The notes under the pieces: generated by a model
What the model saw: only the letters and a program-made list of their open reading frames with translations
The model's database searches: none
Told to the model about the DNA's origin: nothing
NCBI RefSeq assembly: GCF_004010195.1
Contig: NC_057718.1
Location: 85,228,580-85,292,579 of the forward strand
From: Chiloscyllium plagiosum
Lineage: Eukaryota
Reading direction: 5' to 3'
Length of the DNA stretch: 64,000 nt
Made by a program: the position numbers and the translations under genes
In this document: positions 12,000-26,193 of the stretch, one piece after another
Layout of the letters: each line of letters begins with the position of its first letter
Numbering within the stretch: position 1 is the first letter of the stretch

Positions 12000-14680
12000 G
12001 TGGCCCTGTTGGTAAGGGATGATATTTAGTCCCTTGCGCGGGGGGACCTAGAATCATGGGATGTAGAGTCAGTATGGATAGAGCTCAGAAATTCTAAAGG
12101 TAGAAAGACCCTCTTGGGAGTTATCTACAGGCCCCCAAACAGTAGTATGGATGTAGAGTGTAAGTTGAATAAGGAGCTGAAATTGGCCTGTCGCAAAGAT
12201 GTTACTACAGTTGTTATTGGAGATTTCAACATGCAGGTAGACTGGGAGAATCAGGATGGTATTGGACCTCAAGAAAGAGACTTTGTGGAGTGCCTCTGAG
12301 ATGGATTCTTAGAACAGCTGTTGCTGGAGCCTCCCAGGGAGAAGGCAATTCTGAATCTGGTATTGTGCAACGAACCAGAATTGATCAGGGACCTCGAAGT
12401 GAAGGAGCCATTAGGAGGTAGTGACCATAATACAATAATGGTCAATCTGCAATTTGAAAGGGAGAGGGTACAATCGGTAGTGACAATATTTCAGTTGAAT
12501 AAAGGGAACTATGGAGCTGAGGGAGGAGCTGGCCAAAATTCAATGGTGCAATACCTTAGCAGGGATGACAGTGGAGGAACAATGGCAGATATTTCTGGGT
12601 ATGATACAGAAGATACAGGATCAGTTCATTCCAAAAAGAAAGATAGATCCTATGAGGAGGCAGAGGTGGCCGTGGCTGACGAGGGAAGTTAAGAAACATA
12701 TAAAGTTAAAAGAGAAAAAGTATAACATAACAAAGATGAGTGGGAAAACGGAAGACTGGGTAGCTTTTAAAGAACAACAGAGGATTACTAAGAAGGAAAT
12801 ACGCAGAGAAAAAATGAGGTACGAAGGTAAACTGGCCAAAAATATAAAGGAGGATAGTAAAAGCTTTTTTAGGTATGTGAAAGGGAAATAAATGGTTAAG
12901 ACTAAAATTGGGCCCTTGAAGACAGAAACAGGGGAATATATTACGGGGAACAAAGAAATGGCAGAAGAGTTGAATTGGTACTTCAGATTTGTGTTCACTG
13001 GGGAAGACACAAGCAATCTCCCAGAGGTAACAGTGGTTGAAGGACCTGAACTTAAGGGAATTTATATTTGCCAGGAATTGGTGTTGGAGAGACTGTTAGG
13101 TCTGAAGGTTGATAAATCCCTAGGGCCTGATGGTCTCCATCCCTGGGTACTGAAGGAGGTGGCTCAAGAAATCGTGGATGCGTTGGTGATTATTTTCCAG
13201 AGTTCGATAGATTCGGGATCAGTTCCTGTGGACTGGAGGGTGGCTAATGTTGTACCACCTTTTAAGAGAGGATCGAGAGAGAAAGCAGGAAATTATAGAC
13301 CAGTTAGTCTGACCTCAGTGGTGGGAAAGATGCTGGAGTCAATTATAAAGGATGAAATTATGACACATCTGGATAGCAGTAACAGGATAGGTCAGAGTCA
13401 GCATGGATTTATGAAGGGGAAATCATGCTTGACTAATCTCCTGGAACTTTTTGAGGATGTAACTCTGAAGATGGACAAGGGAGATCCAGTGGATGTAGTG
13501 TACCTGGACTTTCAGAAAACCTTTGATAAAGTCCCACATAGGAGGTTAGTGAGCAAAATTAGGGTGAATGGTATTGGGGGCAAAGTACTGACTTGGATTG
13601 AAAATTGGTTGGCTGACAGGAAACAAAGAGTAGTGATAAACGGCTCCCTTTCGGAATGGCAGGCGGTGACCAGTGGGGTACCGCAGGGATCAGTGCTGGG
13701 ACTGCAGCTTTTTACGATATATATTAATGATATAGAAGATGGTATTAATAGTAACATTAGCAAATTTGCTGATGATACAAAGCTGGGTGGCAGGGTGAAG
13801 TGTGAGGAGGATATTAGATTACAGGGTGACCTGGACAGGTTAGGTGAGTGGACAGATGCATGGCAGATGCAGTTTAATGTGGATAAATGTATGGTTATCC
13901 ACTTTGGTGGCAGGAACAGGAAGGAAGATTACTACCTAAATGGAGTCAAGTTAGGTAAAGGGACAGTACAAAGAGATCTGGGTGTTCTTGTACACCAGTC
14001 AATGAAGGCAAGCATGCAGGTATAGCAGGTAGTGAAGAAAGCGAATAGTATGCTGGCCTTCATAACAAGAGGGATTGAGTATAGAAGCAAAGAGGTTCTG
14101 CAGCTATACAGGGCCCTGGTGAGACCGCACCTGGAATATTGTGTGCAGTTTTGGTCTCCAAATTTGAGGAAAGACATTCTGGTTATTGAGGGAGTGCAGT
14201 GTAGGTTCACAAGGTCAACTCCTGGAATGGCAGGACTATCTTATGTTGAAAGATTGGAGCGACTGGGCTTGTATACCCTTGAGTTTAGAAGACTGAGAAG
14301 GGATCTGATTGAGACATAAGAATATTAGAGGATTGGACACTCTGGAGGCAGGAAACATGTTTCCGCTGATGGGTGAGTCCCAAACCAGAGGACACAGCTT
14401 AAAAATAAGGGGTAGGCCATTCAGGACAGATGAGGAGAAACATCTTCACCCAGAGACTGGTGGGTGTGTGGAATGTTCTGCCCCAGAAGGCAGTGGAGGC
14501 CCAGTCTGTGGACTCGTTTAAGAAAGAGTTGGATAGAGCTCTCAAGGATAGTGGAATCAAGGGTTATGGAGATAAGGCAGGAAAAGGATACTGATTGAGG
14601 ATGATCAACCATGATCATAATGAATGGTGGTGCAGGCTCGAAGGGCAGAATGGCCTACTCATGCACCTATTGTCTATTGT
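12000..14680 (+). mobile_element. 5'-truncated CR1-clade (HER1-like) LINE with EN and RT domains, disabled
   Basis: GVIYRPPN, IGDFN, GSDH (EN). ORF 12892-14025 has NYRPVSLTS, QHGF, YLDFQKTFDKV, GVPQGSVLG, FADD (RT). Several stops and frameshifts; (ctattgt)2 tail at about 14667-14680. Confidence 0.95.
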
Positions 14681-14755
14681 TCTCCCTAATGTAGAGGACA
14701 CCACTTCGAGAACAATGGACACAGTAGATGACATGTGTGGAGGTAGAGGTATATA

Positions 14756-15283
14756 CAGCTCTGTAAAACCCTGGTTAGACCACACTTGGAATATTGTATC
14801 CAGTTCTGGTCACCACATTATAGGAAGGATGTCGATGCTTTAGACATGGTGCAGAGGGGATTCACCAGGATGCTGCTTGGATTGGAGGGCTTGTCTGATG
14901 AAGAAAGATTGAGTGAACTCAGGCTTTCTGCACTGGAGAGAAGATGGCAGAGAGGTGACTTCATAGAGATGTACAAGGTAATGAGAGGCATAGATAGACA
15001 GCCAGAGACTTCTCCCCAAGATAGAAATGACTGTGACGAGGGATCATAATTTTAAGGTGATTGAAGGAAGGTATAGGGGAGATGTCAGTAGTTCTTTACG
15101 CAAAGGTGGGGGTGCGTGGAATTCACTGCCAGTGGGGATAGGAGAGTTAGAGACATTAGGAACACTTAAGCATATGGATGGCAGTGTATTGAAGGTTGTG
15201 TAGATTAGGTTGACCTTAAATTAAGATAAATGCTCGGCACATCATGAGCCGAAGGGCTTGTACTGTGCTGTTCTATATTCTAC
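14756..15283 (+). mobile_element. CR1 LINE 3' end (continuation of 10846-11484)
   Basis: LEYCIQFWSPHYRKDV, RGDFIEMYK and a tctatattcta tail. Confidence 0.85.
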
Positions 15284-18218
15284 AACCTATGGTTAGGATT
15301 TCAAATGTGTTCCCTCTTGGATAGAAAAAGCAGATTTAATAATAATCTTCAAAAGGAACTTGAATAAAATTACACAGAAATAGGAAGCTATATGGGATTA
15401 CCAATGACTGGGAGAAAGTGAGGACTGCAGATGTTGGAGATCAGAGCTTAAAAATGTGTTGCTGGAAAAGCTGTGCTTTACCAATGACTTGGTTGATCTT
15501 GAAAGGTGCTGTTATTAAAGTTGGTGGATCAAATGGACTACTTCTATGTTGTTCTGACATTGAATAATTCAATTTTTTTGCAATATTGATGGTACAATGT
15601 CTTCCATGAGAAGTCCATCAAATGAGAAAGCTTCACCTTTCTGATCAAAGACTTAACAGTAGCAATAACGAATGAATCAACCAATATGCTTAAAATAGCT
15701 AAAGCACTAAGTCGTACACAAAAAATAAATTTATTTACAGCATTTATAGATCTGCATTTCCATTTGCAGATTCTATTTTCAATTGAACTGAAGTTTGAAC
15801 ACCTTGCATGAGTCATGTAACATTATAAAAGAGAAGTATAAACTAGCAATCAACTTGCGATGAGGTGGTGAAGGAAGACCCCATATTGAAGGAACTAGAC
15901 CGACTGAATCAATGGTATAAATAATAATGCAGACAAATTAGTCAACTGTTGGGAATTTCTGTTCACCTCATGGATGTGCCTTTAACACAGTTAAATTCCA
16001 GGAGTATCAGACAATTTTCAACAGGCACTCAAGTCACTCCTACTGTTACAAAGCAAAATACTGTGGATGTTGGAAATCTAAAATAACAATGGGCACTGAC
16101 AATACTCAGTTGGCACTCTTTCATTCTCCCAGTTTCTCTGTTGCATCAGTTCTGATGATACACTATTAGCTTTCATGCTTATGCTACCAATGCCTTCCTT
16201 TCCCCTTAAAGATTTCCTTCCTGCTTGTCCTCAGAAGAACAAGATTCTTTGTCCTTGCCTTTCACCTCATCAGCCTTCGGATTTAAAGAATCGCTCTGCT
16301 ACTAAAGTGCAGACCAACAATAAACAAATGTTGATCCTATCCACCTCAATGAGCCTGCCAAAGAGGACACTGATCTATTCCCCTAATGCTCCACTTCCTT
16401 CCATGCAAATGAAAGAGTTGGAACATATGCCTTTTCATCTCTAATATTCAAGGCATCAAACCCTCCATTCCAGTAAAGTGATATACCACTTTCAATTTAA
16501 CATAGTGTGTGCTGTGGTCAGTTTGCTGGTTTGCAATGTAGAGGGATTCCAACAGAATGGGTTCATTGCTGCACTGGCTGAGGTTGCCATTGAAGGACTC
16601 TCCTTCTCAACCTTTCTCCTCACCTCAGGCATGGTGACCCTTAGGTTAAACTACCACCAGTCATCTCTCTTTCTGATGAGAGAACAGTCCTATGGTCCTC
16701 TGGGACTGTTGCAATTTTACCTTTTTACAGCTTACTGCTCATGTTAGAGCCTCTTTTATATTTGAAAGACTAACTGCAGTTCCCAGGTAACTGGTTTGTT
16801 GAACACATTCAGTCCACAAAACATGACCTAGATTTCGGATGGTCTGCCATTTTAATTCTAACCCATTATCATTGATTTTGGAGTCTTACACCAGAGCTTC
16901 CCAAAGAGAGGCCAGGAACTAAAATTCTGGGGTCATGAGATCTGAAGTAATGACTGCTCTGGAATTTTGATCAAGGTACAATAACCAAGCTTTCCTCTAA
17001 CAGGCCCTTGTTTTCAGTTCTCACTAAGGGATCACAAAAATTTAATTCTCAAAATGGGGTCACAATAGGCAAAAAGCTTGGAAAATGCTGTCATACAGTT
17101 CCAATGAAGTTCAATGCAAGGGAGGTCACCTTACCTTTGATTGGACTTTCACAAGTTCCTGGATTTAAGATGAAGTTCAATAATTTCAGATAATTCTTTT
17201 TTGGATGGCAGTTGTAGATATTAATATTGCTATTCTCATTTAAAACTTCCCTAGACCGATGCTTAATTTCTTACTTGTCCCATTAGTGTTACCTTTTACG
17301 TTGCATCATCCCTTGTCATTTAATTTCTTCTGTTTTTATCCCATCAGACATTTCCCTTACTCTTTCTCCATCTAATGCCCTGTGTTTCATTAAAGTGCTA
17401 CACCTCTAACTTTATCTAGTACTGACAAAAGTAACTGACCTGAAATATTAACTGTTTCTGGCTCCACAGATGCTACCTGGCTTTCCTATGTATTTCTAGC
17501 ATTTTTGACTTCTAAGTTTCTGTGGCACTTGGCAAACACATGACACCTGGGTATCTATCATTGTAGCATCCTGCCATAAAATACATTGGATGACCATGAC
17601 AGGTGAAGATATTGGAAACCATCACAATTTCGCAATTCACTGACTATAGGCAGTGTGTTGAATCAAAATTAGTGATGCCGAACAGACCATAGGAAATGGG
17701 AGCAGAATTACGCCATTTGGCCCATTTAGCCTGCTTCACCGTTCTCAACCCCATTCTCCTGCCGACTTTTATCTACAGGTTCGGCAGTAGTAAGAATCAA
17801 CTCTGCATGTTATACAAAAAAAAGTTTTACTTTTATGGTTTGAAGAGGATCATGAAAAGTTGCAACATGTCGTTCTGTGGAAATCAGTCTTTGGTTATGG
17901 GTCAGCTTGCAAGTGTAGATCCTTTAGTATACAAACATTATCTCTTATATTGATTAACTAATCAAAGAACATTCTCTTCACCCATTGACAGAAAAGTAAT
18001 TGTCAATATGTTAGCCAATTGCTTTGATTGGTGAGCATTTGAATCATTAAACACCATTTTTATACCACAACATTACATTAGAACAGTATTACAATCTGAA
18101 AAGCCCAGACCCACATTTGGAGATTACTCACTCCACAAGAGCAGCACCATTTACACAAGGCCATAAATTCAATCTGACTGAATTATTTTCTAACATAAAC
18201 AGGAGTTAATTTTTCACA

Positions 18219-18302
18219 TTAATTTCTCTGAAGAGAATCAACATAATGGAATGTGGCGCCCAGTGCCCAACTGCTTTCAACACCATTGATCTTCCTGGCG
18301 AG
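18219..18302 (-). CDS. ENTPD6: ENTPD6 last coding exon with ACR5
   Basis: [30 protein letters not shown] with the WALG motif; preceded by a 103-nt intron. Confidence 0.95.
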   Translation of the reverse strand, partial: LARKINGVESSWALGATFHYVDSLQRN

Positions 18303-18405
18303 CTGTAACAAGAGTCACAAATAATTTCAGATTAGAAATTATTGTCAATGAATTACAATAGGAACACTAAAAACGTATTAATTTTATGAAGTTGTTCAAA
18401 CTTAC

Positions 18406-18518
18406 CTTCAAAACTGCATCTTTCTGAAAACCAAGTTCTTCTAGCAATACAGTTATGTACACGAGATCCATGCAAAGAAATGGTTTATCTGTTGATTCAG
18501 ATTCCATACCCTGACACA
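18406..18518 (-). CDS. ENTPD6: ENTPD6 penultimate coding exon
   Basis: 113 nt, (V)CQGMESESTDKPFLCMDLVYITVLLEELGFQKDAVLK. Confidence 0.95.
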
Positions 18519-21298
18519 CTAAATAAAGAAACAAATGAATTTTACTTATATGGACTATCTGACTTATGACAACAGTTAGCTCAGATACTTATCAACTTTC
18601 AGTATGTTACACAGTCACTGCAAACAAGTTCAGAAGTTCATGTGGAGGATAGTATTTCATCTCAATATAAAGGGAGTACACCTGAAGAAATAATATCCTG
18701 CTTGTAATAGCTGAAACAACATTCACAGTATGACAGTATCATGAGATGAAAAATATTCTTGCAGCTGTAAATAATTAATGCACAAAAGTGAAAGACATAT
18801 GTTGAATAATTCAAAGCTTTTTGCTTTTGCTGCATACAAATTAAAATTCTGTGGCAACATTTCTGCTGCTCCTTCCCCTCTGGTAATCTTAATAGTCCTT
18901 CAATAATATTTAAAGAAAAAAATTGAACTTCTGATTTCTCCCCTCACTCTTGACAATTTCTTGCCCACCTGGATGTTAGAATGCTGCATGATTGTAAGCA
19001 TGTAAGCAGTGGTGGAAAATGTCTTTGCATTATTTAACTATAGAAAATGTTGCAGTGGAGTTCAAACATTTCCTCAACAATGTCCACAATGTATTTTCAT
19101 GCGTGAAAGCTGAGTATTAAAGGCTGACAAGTTCGCTTGCCTACAAGCCTGCATTTAAATAGCTGTGGAAATAATGGTTGCAATGAATTTAATCTGGTAT
19201 TCCAAGATTCTGGACAGGCCCCAAGGATTGAAAACTGCAAATGTAACATCTCTATTCAAGAGGCGAGGAAAACAGAAAGTTAGTCTGATATCTGTCATTA
19301 GCAATATGCTAGAATTTATTAAGGAACATTAAAAAATCAAACAGTGTCAACATGGTTTGGTGAAAAGGAAATGATGTCTAACAGATTTAAAATATTTGAA
19401 TATGTAACAAGCGGTATAGATGAGGGGAACCAGTAGATATAGTGTATTTGGATTTTCAAAACATCTGATAAGATACAAGGTTGCTTTATTGCTGCTAACA
19501 GGGAATAAAATAAAGATAAACAGGCCATTTTCAGGTAAACTGCAATTAATGGGGTGTCACAGAGATCAGTGCAGGATCTCAACTATTTACTGTCTATGTT
19601 AATGATGTCATTGAAGGGGCCAACTGTACTGCCAAACATTTAAGGTTACACAAACATAGAAACACCAAAAGTTTATGCAGAAGTAGGCCATTTGGTCCTT
19701 CAAGCTTGCTCTGCCATTCAATAAGGCTAATCTTCCAACTCAGTACAATGTTCCCATTTCTGTGCATATCCTTGATCCCTTTAGTACTTAGAATATATCT
19801 AAATCTTTCTCGAAAGTCTTCAGTGTTTTGGCCTCAACAGTTTCCTGTGGCAGAGAATTCCACAAGTGCACTACTTTCTGGGTGAAGAAATTTCTCATCT
19901 GTCCTAAACAGCCTAGCCTTATCTTCAAACTGTGACCCCTAGTTCCAATTCTCTTGTCATCCTTGTTGCATCTACCCTGTCCAACCCTGTTAGAATTCTA
20001 TACATTTCTATGAGATCCACACCTCTGCACCCCTCAACCCAATTTTTCTAAATTCTAGTGGATATAGTCCTAATCGATCTAGTCTCTCCCTGTACAGGAG
20101 TTCTGCCATCCCAAGAATTAGTCTACAAAACCTTCTTTGCACTCCTGTCAATCGCAAGAGCATCCTTTCTTAGACAAGGAGACCAAAACAGCGTACAATA
20201 TTGCAGGCATGGTCTGCCCTATACAGTGCAGCAAGACATCCCTGCTCCTGTTTTTGAATCTTCTTGCCACGAAAGCCAACATATTGTGTGCCTTCTTCGC
20301 TGACTGCACCTCCATGCTTACTTTCAATGACTGATGCACAAGGACACCCAGGTCTCATTGCACTATCTCCTTCCCCATATTACTGGCATTCAGATAATAA
20401 TTTGCCTGTCTATTTTTGCTACTATAGTCCATAACCTTACATTTACTCATATTTTGTCAATTTAGTTTACTTGTCCAAATAAGAGACGTCTCTGCATTCT
20501 CCTCAGAGCATACCCTCCACCCAACTTTGTCTCTTCTTCAAACTTGGAGATATTCCTCATTTAAATCATTAACATATATTGTGAACAGATTAAATATATA
20601 TTGTGAAAAGCGGAATTGCAAAAAAAAATCCCGTGGGACCCCACTATCCATTGCCTGCTGCTTGGAAAAAGGCCCTTAATTCCTATTGTTTCCTAGAGGT
20701 GTGGATCTCCAATCAGTTCTTAATCTATTTCAGTACATGACTTCCAAACCCATGCATTTTAATTTTGCATGCTAATCTTGTGTAGGACCTTATCAAAAGC
20801 CTTCTGAAAATCCAAGTAAACCCCATCCACTAACTGCCCTTATCCACTCTATTAGTTACATCCTCAAAAAATTACAGCAGATTTGTGAAGCACAACTTTC
20901 CCTTCGTAAATCCACGCTGACTGTACAATTTTATCATGATCTTCCAAGTGCTCTGCTATTACATATTTTACAATGGATTCTAGCATTCTTCTCACTACTG
21001 ATGTAAAGCTAACTGACCCATAATTTGCTGTTTTCTCTTTGCCTCCCTTCTTCAATAGTGGGGTTGCATTAGCAACCCTCCAATCCACAGGGACTGTTCC
21101 AGAGTCTGTAGAATTTTAGAAGATGACCACTAAAACATCTGCTATTTCTAGGGACACTTTTTAGTACTCTGGAATGAAGGTTATCAGGCCCTGGGTATTT
21201 ATCTACCTTGAAGTCCACTGGTTTCCCCAATAATATTTCCCTACAAATAATATTATTTTAAATTCCTCCTTCCCATTTGACCATGTGTTACCCATTAT

Positions 21299-21621
21299 AG
21301 ATTATTAGATTAGACTACTTACAGTGAGGAAACAGGCCCTTCAGCCCAACAAGTCCACACCAACTCTCCAAAGACCAACCCACCCAGACCCATTCCCTTA
21401 CATTTACCCCTTCACCTAACACTACGGGCAATTTAGCATGGCCAATTCACCTAACCTGTACATCTTTAGACTGTGGGAGGAAACCGGAGCACCCAGGGGA
21501 AACCCACATAGACACGGGGAGAATGTGCAAACTCCACACAGACACAGTTGCCAGAGGCGGGATTTGAACCCGGGTCTCTGGCGCTGTGAGCGGCAGCAGT
21601 GCTAACCACTGTGCCACCGTG
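21299..21621 (-). mobile_element. HE1-type SINE
   Basis: Same head, body and tail as 7940-8245. Confidence 0.85.
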
Positions 21622-22794
21622 GATATTAGGATATTATTGGTGTCTTCCTCTGTGAAGACAGAACTAAAGTATTTAATTGGTCTGTCAACTGCTTGTGCCC
21701 CATTATAAAATCCCTGTTTCTGATTGTAGGTGATCGACATTTGCCTTGACTAATCTTTTTCTCTCCACATTTCACTCTGAGGTATGCATACCCTAGTCCT
21801 AGTCTGTCCTACGAATCGAAACATCATCTCTCTGTCCACTCTATCCAATCCTCTCAGTATCCTGTAAGTTTCCTGGTACTATTCCTTAGACAATGATGAA
21901 AAAGATCAAAGCAAAGGCTTGGCAATCACCTCCCTGACTTCCTAGAGAATCCGAGGATAATTCCCACCTACCCCCGGGGTTTATCTATTTTCACACTTTT
22001 CAGAATTTCTAATACCTTCTCCTTGTGAACCTCAATCCCATCTAGTCTCATAGCCTGTTTCTCAGTATTCTCTTCCACAACATTGTCTTTTCCCAGTGTT
22101 GAATACTGATGAAAAATGTTCTTTTAGCACTTCCCCTATCTCCTCTGACTCCATGCACAACTTCCCATTGTCCTTGGTTGGTCCTAATCTCTCTCTAGTC
22201 ATTCTTTTATCCCTTATATATCTATCCGCCAACAATTTCTCATGTCCCCTCCTTGCTCATCTTAGCTCTCTCTTTAGGTCTTTCCTAGCTACCTTGTAAC
22301 TCTCAATCACCCTAACTGAGCCTTTACATCTCATCCTAACATAAGTCGTCTTCTTCCTCTTGACAAGAGATTCAACTTCCTTAGTAAACCACGGCTCCTG
22401 CACTCCTCTGTCTGACAGGTACATACTTACCAAGGACACAGTAGGTGTTCCTTAAATAAGCTCCACATTTCTACTGTAACCATCCCCTGCAGCTTCCTTC
22501 CCCATCCTATGCATCCTAAATCTTGTCTAATTGCATCGTAATTGCATTTCCCCCAGCTGGAGCTCTTGCCTTCCGGTGTATACCTATCCCTTTCCATTGC
22601 TAAAGTAAACATAACCAAATTATGGTCACTATCACCAAAGTGCTCACCTACCTCCAAACCTAACACTTGGCCAGGTTCATTAGTCAGTATCAAACCTAAT
22701 GTGGCCTCACTACACACTGTGTCAAAATAATCCTCCTGCAAACAATGGCCAAAAACTGACCCCATCTAAAAGTACTTGAACTATAGTATTCCCA

Positions 22795-23004
22795 GTCGAG
22801 AGTGTAGTGCTGGAAAAGAACAGCGAGCAGCAGGAGAATCGATGTTTTCGGGCATAAGCCCTTCATCAGGAATCCTGATGAAGAAGAACTTATGCTTGAA
22901 AAGTCTATTCTCCTGCTCCTTGGATGCTGCCTGACCTGCTCTGCTTTTCCAACAACTCACTCTCGACTCTGATCTCCAGCATCAGTAGTCCTCATTTTCT
23001 ACCG
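22795..23004. mobile_element. Fold-back PLE element, family 1, 11-bp TSD
   Basis: Inverted arms meet at tcatcagga-a-tcctgatga (about 22863-22881). TAGTATTCCCA at 22784-22794 and 23005-23015. Confidence 0.8.
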
Positions 23005-23511
23005 TAGTATTCCCAATAAATATTTGGGAAGTTGAAGTCCCCCATAACAACTGCCCTGTCACTCTCGCTCCTATCGAGAATCATCTTTGCTTTCCTTTCC
23101 TCTAAATCTTTGGAACTATTTGGAGGCCTATAGAAAACTCCTAACAGGATGACTTCTCCTGTCCTGTTTCTAATCTCTTGTCCTTGACTAACAACGCCAT
23201 ACCCCCACCTCTTTTCCCATCTTCTCTGTTCTTACTGAAACATCTAGATCCTGGAGCCTGCAACAACCATTCTTATCCCTGCTCTACTCATGTCTCTGAA
23301 ATGGCCACAACATTGAAATCCCAGGTACCAACCCATGCTGCAAATTCACCCACCTTATTCCAGATGCTCCTGGCGTTAAAAATAGATATACTTCAAAACA
23401 ACTTTTTGCTTGCCAATGCCTTCTTGCAACCCTGAAACCTTATTTTGGACTTCCCTATTCTTGACTTCCTCTATACTCGAATTACAATTTAGGTTCCCAT
23501 CCCCCTGCTGA

Positions 23512-23777
23512 ATTAGATTAGATTCCTTACAGTGTGGAAACAGGCCCTTCGGCCCAATCAGTCCACACCGACCCTCCGAAGAGTAACCCACACAGACCCA
23601 CTTCCCCTCTGACTAATGCACCTAACACTATGGGCAATTTAGCATGGTCAAATCACCTAACCTGCACATCTTTGGACTGTGGGAGGAAACAGGAGCACCC
23701 AAAGGAAACCCACTCAAACATGGGGAGAATGTGCAAACTCCACACAGGCAGTCGCCCAAGGCTGGAATCGAACCCAC
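23512..23777 (-). mobile_element. HE1-type SINE, 5'-truncated
   Basis: Similar to the other copies; attagattagatt tail. Confidence 0.8.
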
Positions 23778-24252
23778 CTGAAGAGCATTAGCAAATTTCC
23801 CCCAAGAATATTGGTACCCCTCTGGTTCAGGTGAAGACCATCTTGTTTGTAAAATGTTTGTAACAACTGGGCAGGTACAATAACAGATAAATCATACATG
23901 CATTTCACCTATGTTGACAATGCTCCCTTCCCTTCAAATGTAATTAAAATTGAAACTAAGACAACAATGTAGATCCATAAATATAGCTTTGTTCTGGGAT
24001 GAGCGAATCCTTTTGAATGATAAATTTACCAAGAGCAATGCCAGGTATACAATAGCATAATGTGCAACTTTAACTTTATTTTTCAGGGTTCATTTAGATA
24101 TAGTAACATACATTATTCTAGTGCCTATACAAAATCATGTGATGTACTAAAAGCACTATCTTCATTCTGCAAGTGAATAATGCATTGTCTCTTTGGATTA
24201 AACAAGCACACTCTTGAAGGGGCCAAAATGATCTTAGCGTAACCCACCAATT

Positions 24253-25065
24253 AGTCATAGAGATGTACAACATGGAAGCATACCCTTCGGTCCCGCTCGG
24301 TTATGCCGATTGGATATCCTAACCTAATCTAGTCCCATCTGTCAGCACTGGTCCATATCCCTCTAAACCCTCCCTATTCATATACCCATCCAAATACCTC
24401 TTAAATGTTGCAATTGTACCAGCCTCCACCACTTCCTCTGGCAGCTCATACATGCACCACCCTCTGCGTGAAAAAGTTACCACTTTTATATCTTTCCCCT
24501 CTCACCCTAAATCTGGACTTCTGGACTCCCCCAACCCAGAGACAAGATCTTGTCTATTTATCCTATCAATGCCCCTCATGATTTTATAAACCTCTATACG
24601 GTCACCCTCAGCCTCTGACGCTCCAGGGGAAACAGCCCCAGCCTGTTCAGCCTCTCCCTATAGCTCCCTGTTTTCCCTGGAGCGTCAGAGGTGGAGGAGT
24701 GATCTTATAGAGGTTTACAAAATTATGAGGGGCATGGATAGGGTAAATAGGCAAAGTCTTTTCCTTGGGGTCAGGAAGTCCAGAACTAGAGGGCATAATT
24801 TTAGGGGGAGGGGGGAAAGATATAAAAGAGACCTACAGGGCAACAGAGGATGGTACGTGTATGGAATGAGCTGCCAGAGGAAGTGGTGGAGGCTGGTATA
24901 ATTTCAACATTTAAGAGGCATTTGGATGGGTATATGAATAGGCAGGGTTTGGAGGGATATGGGCCAGGTGCTGGCAGGTGGGACTAGATTGGGTTGGGAT
25001 ATCTGGTCAGCATGGACGGGTTGGACCAAAGGGTCTGTTTCCGTGCTGTACATCTCTATGACTCT
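24253..25065. mobile_element. Two CR1 3' ends in head-to-head inverted orientation
   Basis: 24253-24665 (-) and 24668-25065 (+) are approximate reverse complements, each ending in a ctctatgact tail. Confidence 0.85.
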
Positions 25066-25454
25066 AAGCCAAAATGGAACACAATAACAATGGAGATGAA
25101 GACATAACCAGGTATTCCATATGATGGTAGGGTCTACTTATTGAATAATTAATACTCCACAATTTTGGGATTCAAAATGCAAGGAAAATTTTAGCAATAT
25201 CAATTCTTTGCATTCAAGTAGTTAATGCCACCAGTCGAAATGACTTAGCAAGTGAATGCAGAAGTTCACCTTTATTGAATATGCTAGTACACTACTTTGT
25301 TGTATTACAATCTATATATAATTGTCCTTGGAAAAGTAACTTACTCAAGTCATCTGGATAATTAAAACACTCAGTTCAAGGATACTTGTGGTTGTGGCCT
25401 TTACAACATTAATAGATAAATTCATGCTGCTAGCTACTTTTGTACAATTCTTAC

Positions 25455-25511
25455 CATGTCTGGCTGCTTTTCCATAATCCTCAATCTTTAAAGTCCCTCC
25501 TTTCTCTTCAT
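25455..25511 (-). CDS. ENTPD6: ENTPD6 exon
   Basis: 57 nt, (D)EEKGGTLKIEDYGKAARH; AG/GTAAG. Confidence 0.92.
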
Positions 25512-26193
25512 CTAAAACAAAAACAGAATTTATTAAATCAGAAAGTCCATGAAGAGATTAAAGATGTATTTAATTATATTTACTATTTCAATTTATATTC
25601 TAGTCCCTCCCTCAGCCATAACCCCCCCCAGCATATGGACATTGTAGCATCAAAGACTACTCGAGACTCTCAATTCTGCACCTCAGTGTACTAGGTTTTG
25701 CAAGTAGTGGGATGGGGAACAGTCCACACACTGATGCTTTGGTGTCTCATGTAATGTAAGTGCTGGTGTAGATAACATAACCACAGACAAACCTAATCTC
25801 ATTCAATACTAATCCTAATTTTACAGCAGATGTCTCCAACTAGCCATCAGAAGTATAATCCTTGGGTTAATTTGAGATTGAAGGGGAAATTCAGACTAAC
25901 AATTGAGGAAGAGATTGATTACAGGTTAAAGTTGGATGGATTGGGAGAGAGAAAAAAATATTGACAGATCACAGGACAGAGCCGGTGATGATGAGTTAGC
26001 ACAGGTTGAGGGGCCATATTCAGCTTACTTAAGGAGCAGGGAAGTCAAAGGGAGCACTCCTGCGAGTCCTGACCCACAAGAGGGTCAACAAAAAGCACTT
26101 TCTGAAGCCAATTGCTCCAGTCTCTGTTTAGCAGCTAGGTTTTCCAAGTATTTGAAAATATCAAACTATCTCCCCATATGGAGACCCTGCACT

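Larger units (their letters stand above)
19655..23850 (-). mobile_element. Composite cluster of degenerate CR1 LINE pieces with nested SINEs and a PLE palindrome
   Basis: Minus-strand remnants DWRVANATPLLKKG, VGEHFGDSDHN, PWFTKEV and DGLHLNQRGTNILGG. Confidence 0.8.

Noticed and set aside
12892..14025. 377-aa ORF as a host gene or active LINE
   Set aside because: It is CR1 reverse transcriptase flanked by in-frame stops and frameshifts, and the element is 5'-truncated.
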